Assembly: GCF_009834535.1 (NCBI RefSeq)
Contig: NC_045696.1
Location: 67,830,001 to 67,894,000 of the forward strand
Direction: 5' to 3'
From: Camelus ferus
Lineage: Eukaryota
DNA: 64,000 nt
Shown here: positions 25,678-39,335 of the stretch, in pieces
How the letters are laid out: each line of letters starts with the position of its first letter
Numbering within the stretch: the stretch's first letter is position 1
Translations under genes and position numbers: made by a program
The notes under the pieces: model-generated
Told to the model about the DNA's origin: nothing
What the model saw: the letters and a program-made list of their open reading frames with translations, nothing else
The model's database searches: none

Positions 25678-25925
25678 CACTTTTTCAGATATGTTTGACC
25701 GTGACCCAGAAAAAGAAAAGTATTTTACACAGATCCAGTACAATCTAGTTCATGCGTGTGGTGCACCACCACCCCCAACCCCGACACACACAACTGAAAA
25801 GAAGGTTTTCCGAAACAATACTCATCCTCACTACATGTGAAGTGTTTATTTTTGCTGGTCATATCACAACCCACTAATCTGATTCATGAACTACTAATTG
25901 GTTGTGATGCAGTTTGCCAACACTC
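25678..25925. mobile_element. hAT/Charlie-type DNA transposon remnant
   Basis: tttgaccgtgacccag...caactgaaaagaaggtttt...caacccactaatctgattcatgaactactaattggttgtgatgcagtttgccaacact. Related remnants at ~5230-5460 and, inverted, ~45205-45405. Confidence 0.55.
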
Positions 25926-26227
25926 TTGGTAGTACGTAGTATAGGGTTTATTAAGATTTACCATATCCAGAGTAGGTCTCATTCATTTTTTTACCCTAAA
26001 AGTTCACCAACATGGCCCCTCTTCTCCTCAAGTCAGTGTATTAGGATAAAGAGTTTACTTTAAGCCTCATATTTAAATCAAGTACAGTATCTACTGTTTT
26101 CAACCATATCCTATGTCCTACATAGAGCAGGTGGTTGATAAAATTCCACTGACTTAAATTTCATACATGATATCAATGACTTCACCAATCAAAGAAACCA
26201 ACGATTTAAACACTCTTCTGAGTGTGT

Positions 26228-26648
26228 GTTTTTTTTAACTGAAGTATAGTTGATTTACAATATTGTGTTAGTTTCAGGTGTATAACAAAGTAATTTGGAG
26301 ATATATATGTATATAATATATATGTATATACATATATATTATTTTTCAGATTCTTTTCCATTATAGGTTACTACAAAATATTAAATATAGTTCCCTGTGC
26401 TATACAGTAAATCCTTGTTGTTTACCTATTTTATATATAGTAGTGTGTATCTGTTAACCCCACACTCCTAATATATCCTTTGCCCTCTTCCCCTTTGATA
26501 ACCATAAGGTTTTTTTTTTCTATGTCTGTGAGTCTGTTTTTGTTTTGTAAATAAGTTCATTTGTATTATTTTTTATATTCCACATGTAAGTGATATCATA
26601 TGATATTTGTCTTTCTCTGTCTGACTTTCTGCCTTTAGTATGATAATC
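26228..26648 (-). mobile_element. 5'-truncated L1 3' UTR with target-site duplication
   Basis: Same L1 3'-UTR family as 2335-2606, reversed. Flanked by tctgagtgtgt (26217-26227) and tctgagtatgt (26649-26659). Confidence 0.9.
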
Positions 26649-27489
26649 TCTGAGTATGTTTTATTTATTCCAAACATTAATTGGGCCTTATTATCAGGAA
26701 TGTGTAAAACCTAGTCTTCAGCTTCTAGGAAATCACATTCTCCTGGATGAGTATAGATTCCATTTTATATAAACTATATACAAATCTTTCTAGGAACAGA
26801 AGGCCAAGAATAACAGATCAGTAACTCTCCATTTCCCTCCTCGGCTGTGCTTATCATGGTACCACTTTGCTTGTCCCCAAATGTTGTTAATACTGGTCTT
26901 GAGATTTTATCAGGCTCTCAACTGAAAATCTGGTCTGTGTGAACTGCCCTGAAACTATCCAACTTGATGGAGTAGCACCTATGTTACCTATTAAACTGTC
27001 TCACCTTAGAACTATGATTCTACTCTAGCTAAGCTCCTGTAAAGACAAACAGGAAAACAGGGTATTAACAGTCTGCGTCATCTCACCTGTACAAAGGAGA
27101 CTTCTCCAAATGCTTTCCAATAACATGTTGTAAATACCTTCCAGAACAGAAGACAAATAGCTCACACAAATAGCTCTTTGTGTATAATGCCTAATAACTG
27201 CAGTTGATTTCGAATAATGCAAATAAAGAATTTATGGCTGAATCATTTGCTGGTAGAAAAGTTATAGTCATTCATTTATCTCAAATTATAAATTTCAAAT
27301 TCCACAATTGAGAAATCTTTGAATATATTAAAGTCTTGAAACACAAATCAAAGAAATATGTTAGTTTTCCATTGGGATAAATTACTGAGAAATAGCATAG
27401 ACTACAATTCTCAAATATTATTAACTGAGAATGTCAGTGGCTCTAGGCTTCTATTTTGAGCTCTTTCTCACCTACAGCATTGTAGGGAA

Positions 27490-27705
27490 GTTCAGGGCAT
27501 AGGCTGTGGAGCCAGACTCCTGGCTTGGCTTTCTGACTGTCACGTGCTGGTTACATAATCTTGCACAAGTTACTCAAACTCTCTCTGCCTCACTTCCTTA
27601 TATGTAAAGTGGGGACAGTATGATCACTTGCCTTAAAGAATTTTTATAATCATTAAATAAACATGAAATATGGAACCAGTGTCTGGAATATATTAGGCGC
27701 TCACT
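27490..27705 (+). mobile_element. MIR SINE
   Basis: ggctgtggagccagactcctgg...atcttgcacaagttactcaaactctctctgcctcacttccttatatgtaaagtgggga. Confidence 0.85.
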
Positions 27706-28432
27706 AGTCTAGTACTCTGCCCTCAACTGCACTACATAAGGTAGAACTATGTGAAACGGGAAGAATGAGGTAAGGTGGACAGAATATGGCATTTCTCTTT
27801 AAAGTGTGAATTACGACCTCCACACTCCTACCTGCTATATTTGTGACTTGGAGTTCTTTAAACAGAGTCCTGCCTCCTCATCTGTAAAATGCTAAGAAAT
27901 AGAACAGAAGTCTCCATAAAATGTAAGAGAAACTCAAAGAAAATTAAAATAACTTTCAGCTGAGGAATCAGTGGAGGCTTCATAGAGAAGGTATTATTTT
28001 GATAAAGACTGAGAATAGATCTGTGGAAGCCGAAACATTGAGAAGTGTATTCTGGACAGAGGGAAGTGTTCGAGCGAAGACGCGAGGAAGGAAAGCATGG
28101 CATGTGTTCAGAGGGCAGCACCCAGTCCAATCTGGCCGTGCAGAGTGCAAAGGGAAGCAGTCCGAGCTGAGGTTAAACAAGCCGACTCCACCGGCAAGGG
28201 ATCACAGATTCCCAGCTGGATGGGGACTTATTCCCATAGATGTGCGGCTACAACAGAGGTTGCAAGAAGGCATTAACAGAATCAGGTCAATATTTTAGAA
28301 GAAACTGTGCAAGGTGCAGAGGAATTGGAGGCCCAGGGCCTGGAAAGAAGGAATTCCAGAGTCCATAAAGGGTCCAAACAAAGCAGCTGCCAAAAACAGA
28401 GAAGTGTGATGTCATGGATTAGCAGAAATGAT

Positions 28433-28462
28433 GGGGGGATGGGGGGGGTGGGGGGTGGGGGG
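28433..28462 (+). repeat. G-run tract, predicted G-quadruplex
   Basis: G6-AT-G8-T-G6-T-G6. Confidence 0.8.
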
Positions 28463-31309
28463 TAGAGCAGGTGGACCTCAACACCCGAGCAAGAAGGAAG
28501 AGTCAAAGAGAAATGATGCAGCTGTGCAGTGTCAAAAGCAGATGCCTGAGGAGGAGCTGATTTAAAAGAGATGAAACCAAAGAACCTACATGGGGTGGTC
28601 CACCTAAGAAGGAATCTTAAACAGACAACTGCAGTCTACTTCCTGCAAGCCAGTAGGCACAAATGAGAACCACGCCCATGTACAGTATGTGAGTTAACTT
28701 AATGTTAGAGGTGAGTCTGAACCTAAAGATCCAGGATCAAGGAAGGAATCAGGGCTGTGGGAGTACTTGGAGAAGAGACTTAGGAGATACAGAGAATGAA
28801 TAAGATGGGACCAAGCAGGGGTTCTTCACAGAACAAAAACTAACTCCACCAAATAGACAAGACAAGACAAAACCATGGGGCTCTATCCCCTAATGCGGAT
28901 TATTTGCATTAGGTGTTCTGTACACTTTGACCCTATGAAATGAAGTAATAAGGGACAGTAACAGTATCTCCCTCCACGTCAGCCATTTTCCACTCACAAG
29001 CTGATGGCAGGGGGCAGAAGTGGTAGGAGTAAAGCATTAAGTTATAAGTTCAGAAAGTCAAAAGTGGGTGGAAATTGTTTCCCCAAAATTTATTTGTTGT
29101 TTTCCCTTGACACCATATGTCTATTAAAATAAAAGGAGACTTCATCACCCCTGGCTAAAGGAAAAATAAACTCAAAGAACTATTAAGCGTTTTGTCTGAC
29201 AATATTGAGCGAGCAGAAAACAGCCTGACTTCACCCTGTAGCAAGTGTGGCTTTTCTGGGGATAAGGAGAAACAAGAGGTGTGGAGATCAGTCAGCAGGC
29301 TCAGAACCCAAAGGCTATCTATTTTTACAGCAATTCCACACAAACAGATTATGTGCCTTTGAACAACACATAATGTATTGCTGGGCTGATGGCAAAATAA
29401 GAAAGATAAGGAGTGATATTTGCTAATAATAGCAAAGAAAGGTAACTAATGTCAAGAATACATCTCTTCTTGACAGGAAGACTTTAAATCTTACAGGCCT
29501 GTTGAAGAGGGTCTTAAGACAAACTGTTCTACCTCCTGATCAAGGTAAACAGAAGATTAAGAGAGATCTGAAATCAAATCACTAAAAAAATAAACAAATA
29601 AACAAAAGATTGTTGGAACATGGGCTGCCTGAGTTAGAGGAAAGTCAGGTAGATGAGGCAGGATCCAGCCCCTTGCCTGTGTTCCAGGTTCCTCTCACTG
29701 ACCCCAGCACTATGTCGTGCTGGCTGCCATATTCTGACTGTAGTAAGCGCCCAACAAAAATGTGCTAAATAAACGAATAAAAGACTGCAAAACAACATTG
29801 CTTTTTCCATTCATTGACAATATTAGACTCCTTCTGATCTCTGAGTCCCTGCACAGACCATCCTTTCTGTCGGAATACTCTTGCCCACCACTTCACCTTA
29901 TCCTGTAACCTTCTCAACCTGCAGCACCCACATCCACTTGCATCAAATGTGCATAAGTACGTCAGCGACCCCTGCTACCCAGCAGAGCTGCGTCTGCTTT
30001 CCCTTCACAGCACTGGCCACGGCTCAGGCTGGCACGAGTGCTCAATTCACAGCTCTCCCACAACTAGACTAGAGGTTCCAAGAAACAAAAGGCCATGTCT
30101 ATTTCACTCACAATTGTGTTTCCAAGTACCTGGAAAAGTTCCTCAGATATGGCTGTCACTCAATAAATTAAACAAACAAACAAACTATGGAGGAATGAAA
30201 TAAAGACCCCTCAGGCACGTGAGCAGAATAGCCTGCCCTGACAACACCACCTTCTCAGAGAATCTGTTCCCACTCACGAACCCTGCTGGCAATACACCTC
30301 TCATGACCACACTCCTAGGGATCGATTTGACCAGAAATGGACACTTTGCCATTAGGAAACAAACGTGTCACCCCAGTAATTGTGAGAGAATGAGTCAGCT
30401 TATCATGTGTAGAACAGAAGCAGAAACTGGAAGTCAGCCCTCTACACCCATCGTAATAGTGCCAATTATAAAGTCACATGGTACCATGTGTTGGAGGAAA
30501 CAAGAATCTCACGTTTTACTGGGGGAAATGGACCCCAGGGAAGCCTGTAAGTAAAAGCACTTGGCAGAACCTGGTGAAATGGAGTACAAAAATGCACTGT
30601 GCCCAAGGGCGCGGCTCGCAGCCACAAACCTGAGCTGAGTGCTGCCAAGCCTCGAGAGCATTTGTACAAAGGTGGTCATCGCAGGTCACAGGTTTGTGGG
30701 AACAGGGTGTCGGAGGCAGCTCTGAGGTCTAAGGAAGGAAAATATTTGAGGAAAATGAATCCCTGAAATGTAGTGAATACACACTCTGGCATACTCCGCA
30801 GGGTCAGAAGTAGTGAACCTCCCTGACGGGCTGGAGTGTAAATACGTCTTTGGAAGACTACGCTGGCCATACAGACAAATGCAAAGTAATGTAAGCGTTT
30901 AACCCGTGAGTCATAGTGGAGCAGCAGTTCCCACTCTGGGGGTCAGAGCACGTATCAGAGATACTGCAGGGGTCCTAAATATCACATGCCCACTGAGCGT
31001 TGAGTGTGTATGGGATTAAATACATCTCACACATGCTTGCCCAGTTGTGAAGTGTTGGCAATTTTTTCTCATCTGTTAAAAAAAAAATTAATACCAACAT
31101 TTTAAAACTATTCAAATCAAATAATCTAACCCATACAAATAATGTCTGATAAAACCTAAACCGTCTACAAATGTTATCAATGGATTATAATTAATATAAA
31201 TACTACTTAATCAGGGGATCAAAAAAAGACCATGCTGAGCCACAAAAATAGCAAAAAAGATAAGAAACAGGACTAGGTCTACAGCATGTAACCATGATCT
31301 ATAGGCACG

Positions 31310-31570
31310 TAGGCAGAGTAGCCAAGAGGGAGATGTGCAGAGTCAGAGTGCTTGGGTTTGATCCTGGCTTAGCTACTAATTTGCCAGCTATGTGACTCTG
31401 GGAAAGGTAACTTCTCTATGCTCAGTTTTCTAATCTATAAAACACATATGATAATAGTCCCTGCCTTTTAGAATTTATTGTGAAAATTACTAGAGTTAGT
31501 ACCTGAAAAGGACTTGGAACAGAGCTTAGCATGTGGGAAATGGATAATAAACGTTAGGCATTATTATTAG
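31310..31570 (+). mobile_element. MIR SINE
   Basis: gcagagtcagagtgcttgggtttgatcctggcttagctact...agctatgtgactctgggaaagg...ctcagttttctaatctataaaac...ataatagtccctgcc. Confidence 0.85.
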
Positions 31571-31759
31571 GTAAATTAAAATACTATATATTTCTAAAGA
31601 TTCTTGTGTACATAAGGACTAGTCCAAGCATGTTAAAGCAAGAATCCATGGGGAGGAAGAGAAATGGGAATGAGGATGAAGGATGAGGAAAAGAAAAAAA
31701 TGAAAATAAATAAATAAATAAATAAAAATAAAAATAAAAACAAAACAAGAGAGGGGCTC

Positions 31760-32052
31760 TTCAGGGACTAGTCATGAAAATGTACCATCCTCGGAGTCAT
31801 ACAGTTAATCCAGTCTAAAGGATCTGATGTATATGAGGAGGAAAGAGCAGAGATACTCATGGCGTCAGGCAACAGAAGTGCAGTAGAGTGAAAGTCTTGA
31901 AATCCCGGTTTCCAAGGACCCCAGAGCTACTATGGTCGCCACCTCCGTGGCTCTGTACCGCTCGGATTTTCTAGCATACGGCAAACCAACCCTCCCTTGG
32001 CTAGTGTGAGTTAGTTTCTGTTTCTTCCTACTTCATAGTTCTTGACTAAGAC
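31760..32052 (+). mobile_element. Possible old MaLR (MLT1-type) LTR remnant
   Basis: Ends ...ctagtgtgagttagtttctgtttcttcc...ttcttgactaagaca, resembling an MLT1 LTR 3' terminus. 5' boundary uncertain. Confidence 0.45.
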
Positions 32053-32918
32053 AGTCCCTGAAGTGGAAAAGAGAGCAGATTTGCTCTATGTTAACTCAGA
32101 AGGCAAAAGATTTAAGAAGGAAGGACCCAGTAAAAGAAACATGTTTCCAGCACATGATTCACCCAACAAATAAACAGGCTCCGGGGAGTAATGAATCACT
32201 TATCACCTTGGATGTGCAAACAGCGTCTATGCAAACATTTATCCATACAAGTTCTAGACAGGAGGCTGAACTCGCTAAGAAGTGCATGATTCTAGGACTC
32301 ACTGAGCTCTTTATGAACATAAAAAGCCTCAGCTATACTAAGAAACAGTGCAAAATGCACTTGTGATATAAATGTTGGAGGAGATTCTGTTGCCTCAGAG
32401 TTTCAGTTGCTTCCTCCCATTGGCACCACATGCCAGGCATGTTTCAAGAGGTGAGACTTATCCGTACAAGTCCCAGGGAATGTCCTAGACAAAACTGAAA
32501 CACCCTTGGGATTTGGCCACACACTTAGTCCTGCTGCCAAGTGTTCGACAGACCTGCCTTACTCCCAAATCAATCAACACTGCTTGAGTATCTATCATCT
32601 GTCAACTTTCACATGTCATCTCAAGGAAACTTCCTAAAACCCGGGGAGAAAGGAATTTTACATCCATTATAAAGAAAAGGAAATGGAAAGCTCAAAAGAA
32701 ACAGAGTCTGTCCAAGTTCCCAGACCTCAAAAAGCCAGAATCATAACTTGAACCCACCCAAAATATTTGTCAAAAAATCCAATATTTTTACAATATACCA
32801 CAAATACCTCTTATGAACACATCACATATTTTGAAGTATCAAACCCTAAAGCTAAATCCTATGAACTACTCCTTGGAAGTCTTTATATACTCAGTCATCC
32901 AGATTCCCCTTACATCTT

Positions 32919-33053
32919 TTTTTTTTAACATTTTTTTTATTGAGTTAATAGTCATTTTACAATGTTGTGTCAAATTCTAGTGTAGAGCACAATTTTTCAG
33001 TTATATATGAACATATATATATTCACTGTCACATTTTTTTTTCACCATGAGCT
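32919..33053 (-). mobile_element. Young, very short L1 3' end with perfect 12-bp TSD
   Basis: Poly-T tail, then ttattgagttaatagtcattttacaatgttgtgtcaaattctagtgtagagcac...; flanked by cccttacatctt at 32907-32918 and 33054-33065. Confidence 0.9.
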
Positions 33054-34109
33054 CCCTTACATCTTGAGTCAACAGCCCACAAACTCTCCCTATTTATAGC
33101 GCTGTATAGTTGGAGCACTGAACAACCTGCAGTCTATTCTCCTGTGTGGTGGAGGCTCGGGAATTCTCTCCATCACCCAGTCCCAGAGTAGACAACCTGA
33201 CTCACCAAATGAGAGTAAATGGTAGTAGATGCAGTAAAAAACAGTGCTGACTGTAACTCAGGAGACAGAGTTCTTGTCCTTACTCTACGGTCATACTGCT
33301 GTGGGAGCCTGGACAAGTCACCTTCACTCTGGACCTGTGAAACCAGATGGTGAGATAAACTCAAGGGTTTCTCAAACCTGGTTTCACAGAATCATATGAG
33401 AAATTTTTATAAAGCACTGATGCGGAACAATTCAATCAGATTAATTAAATCAGAATCTCTGGAGGGAGAAGCCCTCCCACTTACAGTTCATAAAAGCTCT
33501 ATTCCTGATGCTAAGGTATAGCCAGGGTTGATGGCCCAGATGATCGTCCACTTTTTCTCAAGACTTTATACAGTTCTCCACCCAAAAGAATCAGGGCATA
33601 ACACCACTTCGAGCTTTCTGAAGCGCCCATGGCTCCGTGCTTCAGAAAGCCTCTTTGAGGCCAACAACCAAAGGAGAGACACCATCTATTCCTCCATGAG
33701 TCATGTGACCACCTGCATCTGCAGTTCAGAAAACCACCATGAAAACAGCAGTTCAGCAGTTCTGTGACATTCTGTGGCATTTCTAGAAAGCTTAGGAATG
33801 ATAACTAGGGTGAAAAGGGGCATGGAAGAAATGTTAAAAATAAAAAAGCAATAAAAACTGTCCAGCCCTACTCTGGACCACTACCTCACTGTCATTTGGA
33901 GAACATAACTGTTAGCAAGCAGAGGGTTTTGAAGACGGAGAAGGGGAGATGGGACCTGGAGAATGGCAAGGATGCAGCACAATGAGAGAAACTGACAAGG
34001 TTTGAACAAGCCCAGTATCTTCATCAGTGTAAAAAATTAGGAAAGTTCAGACAAATGAGGTTAGAAAAACAGAGTGGGCCCAGATTATTAAAAAGACAAA
34101 CAACAAACT

Positions 34110-34136
34110 GAAGGAAGGAAGGAAGGAAGGAAGGAA

Positions 34137-34194
<58 letters not shown>

Positions 34195-34223
34195 AAAAGA
34201 AAGAAAGAAAGAAAGAAAGAAAG

Positions 34224-34255
<32 letters not shown>

Positions 34256-34375
34256 AAGAAAGAAAGGAAGGAAGGAAGGAAGGAAGGAAGGAAGGAAGGA
34301 AGGAAGGAAGGAAGGAAGAAGAAAGAAAGAAAGAAGAAAAGAAAGAAAAGAAAGAAAGAAAAGAAAAGAAAAGAA

Positions 34376-34407
<32 letters not shown>

Positions 34408-34419
34408 GAAGAGAAAGAA
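34110..34419. repeat. Compound purine-only microsatellite (GAAG/GA/GAAA/GAAAA)
   Basis: 310 consecutive purines on the + strand. Confidence 0.97.
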
Positions 34420-37400
34420 CACCCAAAGAAGCTTTCAGATGCGTTGTAGAAGCAGTGGAGTTAAAGGTAGAGAAGTAAAATGTCATCCCCAGTAACCAAC
34501 AGGTTACAAAGAAACTTTGACAAAGAAAGAGCTGAAATGATCTGTGGTCCATCTCATGAAGTGTTGACCTGATAGCCCACTGGCACAGAGCCTGGAGAGT
34601 AGCAGAAAGAGACATATTTCAGAAAAACTAAAAGCCAAACGCCACCTGCTACTTTCACTGGTTCATAAAGGCCAGGTGAGATTTGAGTAGCAGAGGGAAG
34701 CCAAACCTGTAGGCTGACTTCAAATGATGCGATGATCCCAGGGTGCTTACTAAAGAGAGCTGATTCTAGTCATTTCAGTGGTACCCCATAAGCCTTTTTA
34801 AGGTAAGTATTGTGGACAGGACTCTCCTGAAATTATTAAGCACAAAACACACGTGCAGGGTCACTACCTTGAAGCAGAGTATGAGAAAGCTGTTTCTACT
34901 GAAAACTAAAAGTAGTAGGTGCCAAGGTGGTAGACAACTCCCACTCCTCACTAGATGGGTCATGGAAGGAACAAATGAAGTAATTCATTACAAGAAGAGA
35001 GGCCCTAAGGGATGATGGAACTGATGGCAAACCATCACATCTATTCTATATCACAAATGACTGAGGCATTCTTTGTCTTCTTGCACTGAGGCGTAGCACA
35101 CTGTGTGTGTTACGTGTGTGTGAGGAGATTTTCACCACTTGAGCCATTATCATTTATTTCTTTACAGTCGGTCCTCCTCCTTTTGACAATGTAAAATCCA
35201 GGAGGGCAAGAACTTTGCTCATTGCTTATTCCCAATCCTAAAACAGTAGTGCCTGGTGCGTAACGGGTTCTCAGACATAGCCTGATAAATAAATGGATTA
35301 ATGTTTTTTTTTTCTTTTTCATAATGAATTTATGCTTGCATCTTTTCTTTCACAAAATCCTGAGAACAATCTAGTTTGAGTATAACAGATATATTTTCCT
35401 ATTTAATAGGTAATCAAAGAAGCAGACACAATCTTTTGATTTCAAATTTAGGATTTCAATGCATAGCTAAAGTGACAAGACTATTTTGTCCATCATTGTA
35501 TCTTAATTTCTCAAAATTTTCCTCTCTGCCACTTATCTTTTCAAGATATACTTGCATAGATATACATTCAAACCACACAGATATAAATGGATTATTTGTA
35601 TTATCAGAAGAATACGGCTCAACCTCATCAATGCTCTACAGGTTTAAAACATGTCATCCTTGTAGTTTAAAGAATTGAAATCATTTAGTTGTTCTCTTCA
35701 AAAGAACTGAAAAATGTCTGAATTTCTAAAGACAAAATTTCCACACTGGAACATTTTCATGAAGGAAGGAAAAACTCATATTCTGAACAGGTTTGAGGCG
35801 GATTTAAAGGCGTATTTGAAAAATTATGCACTGTATTTGCAGAGGGAAGAATCTCTACTTAAAGTACATCCTTTATACACATGCTGACAAAATTAAGGGC
35901 ACACCATCCTTTGCTGAATGAGAGCTTATTAAAAGTGCGAGAGTGAGCCACTGCCTTTTGTTCCCTGGAGAAAAGCTAAGGCTTGAAAAAAAATACTTTT
36001 GTTAATGAATCATCTTAAGCTGGCAAATTTAAAATTTAAGTCAGTAAGATTGATAAATTAAGGTTCTGATGGCAACACGATTCTTTCCTGTCATGCACAT
36101 GGTAGAGCTATAACAGGAACACTTGTTTCCATCTTAAGGATAGGGAGGGTTGATACAAGGCTGAGATTCGGCATTGCTAATTAGGAATGTCAGCAAAAGG
36201 AGTTCTGACGCTCTCTATGCTGCTGAAGTCAAAATAGCAGAGAAAGGTACATAAGACCATTTCTACCATTTTCTCCTTAGCCAGGGAGCGAAAAGATAAC
36301 AGCCCTTCATCTGCGTTCAGCTCACTTGAAATTTACAACCCACTTCTGCACACAACTACCATTTGAACTATATTGAACATCTGAAACATACTGTTTACCC
36401 TCGTCTAATAAATCAGGAAACCGACTTCAGTAGGGTAAGCGACCTCTCCCTTGTCACAGAGCCTGCAGGTGACAAAACCAGGACTCAAAAGCAGGCCATA
36501 CTTCATTTTTCCATATGATACTGCACTAAATAACAGCACCAGTGAGAACTTGCCTTTTGCTTTTCCACTTTGCTTACAATATTTTCAGTAGCAAACGGGG
36601 ATCGCTGCTTCTGTTGTCGAGATAGGGGTAAGTGAATGAAGCAGAACGTGGAGCCCAAGTATGGAAATGGCTTCTTCTACTTTCAGCAAGGAATATGCAT
36701 TCCTTTGTGTACAGGATCATCGGTCATAAACGCATGGAAAATCAAGTTCAAGTAGTGAAAATCAAGTTCTGAGAGGACAGATCACAAACATGCTTTCATG
36801 ACTTATCCACTGGCCTCCAGCCTGCCTTTGAAACAGGAGAAAACTGTATCATTCTTAGAGCGCCTTTTGTCATCTCCAAAATGGTTTTACGGACACATGA
36901 GCCCCTTCAGTGTGTTCAGAAGCAAGGAGGCCCTGGGAGCCAGTGGGAGCTCCTCTAGAGTTACTCGGATGCTCTGCTGCTTTGGAAAGCCAGGTGACAT
37001 CCTCAAGACAAAACACCTCAGTTTGACATACGACAGTAAAAAACACTAGGCGTCTTGGCAGAGCAGTTTCCATTAAAAAAGGGGCTTGTATAAAAAACTG
37101 CATACACAGAGCTTGAGTCGGAAGTTTGGGAAACTGCACAGTGAAAGTATGAACTGAAGCCATAGCCACATAATAGTCTGAGCAAGAAAAGCAACCTACT
37201 TCAGGAAGCACCTCACTTGGCCTCATGCTACAAATTACAGAAAGTGTGTTGCTGTCCAGGACACCCACCTGTCATGTTAATATACGAACAACCTAAGTAT
37301 CTGACTGTGGCAAGGAAGACAGAGGGAGAGAAGAGAAGGGGAGAATGGTGTGGGCAGTTAAGAGAGGGCTTAAAGAAACAGAATAATTGTTTAAAAAAAA

Positions 37401-37559
37401 AGAGAGAGAGAGAGAGAGAAAGAATAACGAACACATTTTAACTTTGCATAGTCACTCTGAGCCCTGATCATCCCTCCATTATGATCTAGTGACTCATCCC
37501 CATGACCCATTAACTAAACATACCGTTCTTTCCTAACATTGTTCCCATTCACAAAGGTC

Positions 37560-38070
37560 CAGATGAAATACATCTCCAGGAAGCCTTGCCCCGTGTCCCT
37601 GATGAGAAGTTGTATCTTACTGCTCTCTGCTATTCCCAGCAGGCTTTGCCTGGAGCTCTGCTAGAATTCATTTCACATATTTTTAACGCCCCCCTCCCAT
37701 AAATTATTATTTTTTGAGGATGGAAATCATGTCTTATATCTCAATTTAAACTGCAAAGCATCTATGTCAGTGGTTGGAACAGAGGAGGGTTTTAGTAATA
37801 TTTTATTAAGTTGAACTTAAATATTTCAAAGGTTCCTTGTAGCACTAACATTCTGGATTCAGGACGCATGTATCCATCTCACTCAGTCATTTCTCCATTC
37901 ATTCACCAAACAGTTATTTATCAAGCACCTACTGCCTGTCACCCACTGTGCTCAGACCCCTAAGATGCAGTCGTGTCCCTGTGGAGTTTACAGTTGAGTC
38001 TGGGCAGTGATCAAATAACTGCACGCATAAGCAGTTAGAGACTGTGGCAAGTGCTGTGATGGAAACATCT
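37560..38070. mobile_element. Two L2 3' fragments in opposite orientation
   Basis: 37560-37820 is sense-like (catctccaggaagccttgccc...ttttagtaatattttattaagttgaa). 37890-38070 is antisense-like (cattcattcaccaaacagttatttatcaagcacctactgcc...ggagtttacagttgag). Confidence 0.6.
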
Positions 38071-39154
38071 AAGAGGATTTGAAAACATCCACTCAACTCT
38101 AACACTGAACCTTCTGGGGACCGATCATCAGAGCACAGAGCAACTGTTAAAAATAAGAAAAGGAGTATGAAGGCCCCTAAATCATGGCACATACAGCTTC
38201 ACTGCAGTTTTATTTTGATCAGGAACTTAAGCCACATTACAAAAGAAGAAGTAAATGTTCAACTTCAGCCTACATCCATGCTTCCAAATTGTCCTCTGAT
38301 ATATTCTGATACACAACATGGTAAAAGATTACACCTGTCTCAGGACACTTCGAAACTCTGGGTTCAGCTTAGGACACACTAGATGCTGACTCTGAACTTC
38401 CAGCCTGTAAGAGGGAGACCATAACCTCCGCTGTGACAACTTGACAGGGTTGATGTGCAAGGATTCAATGACGGTGGAGTATAAACACATTTTGGAAAGT
38501 GCATATTGCGGGTACACAGAAATATGTCAACCCCAAAGTCTGAGATATATACAGACACATGAAATATACACATATACTCATATATATACACATATTTATA
38601 TATATTATGTATATAGTTGGATTTCACATTATGTTACACATTTTTTTCATCACAACAATTATTGAGTCACTCTCTTGTTCTTCCTTACATTTTCTCTGGC
38701 AGCAGGAGATGGGAGAGGGAGGTAACAGGATGTTGAAGATTTTCTGCCTGACTCCCCTGCTCACAGCAAGAATAAACAAAGGACGAAGGACCAAGGGCCT
38801 GAGTCAAACCTCAAAGGTCAAGCTGCACTACGAGATGATGGCACCAATTAACATAACCTCTTATAAAACTGCTGTCAGCAATAAGTATCTGGAAAAATCC
38901 TGAGATTTCAATGACACCATGAACTGACATGGAGGGGCAATGCTAGCATAATTTTCACCTGATGTTTCGTCAGCAATCATACAAGAATATGAGATGTACA
39001 CAACCGAAACAGTACATTTACATCTAGTTTCCTATATAAAGAAGGCTGATGTAAAACCCTCGACTGCGTCTCTCCTCTATCAATCACAAAGAACTGCAAG
39101 AAAATCCTAGAAGGAAATGCTAGCACTTGATAAGCAGCAGTAAAGTCATTTATT

Positions 39155-39335
39155 CACGATAACACTTAGCAAGTGCTTACAACGTGCCAGACAGTATTAA
39201 AAGAACTTTTGATACAGTACCCAACCTTCACAACAACTTGGGAAGTAGGGAACATTATCCTCTTTTTCATAGAAGAGAACACTGAGATTCAGAGAAGTCC
39301 ACTGACTTGCTAAGATCACACAGCTAGCACTGAAC
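39155..39335 (-). mobile_element. MIR SINE
   Basis: gtgcttacaacgtgccagacag...cattatcctctttttcatagaagagaacactgagattcagaga...gacttgctaagatcacacagctag. Confidence 0.85.

Noticed and set aside
34024..34615. Long F/L/S-rich ORFs (132 and 175 aa)
   Set aside because: Translation artefacts of the purine/pyrimidine microsatellite.
36737..36769. Direct repeat gaaaatcaagttc x2
   Set aside because: Only two units; an ordinary micro-duplication, not an array.
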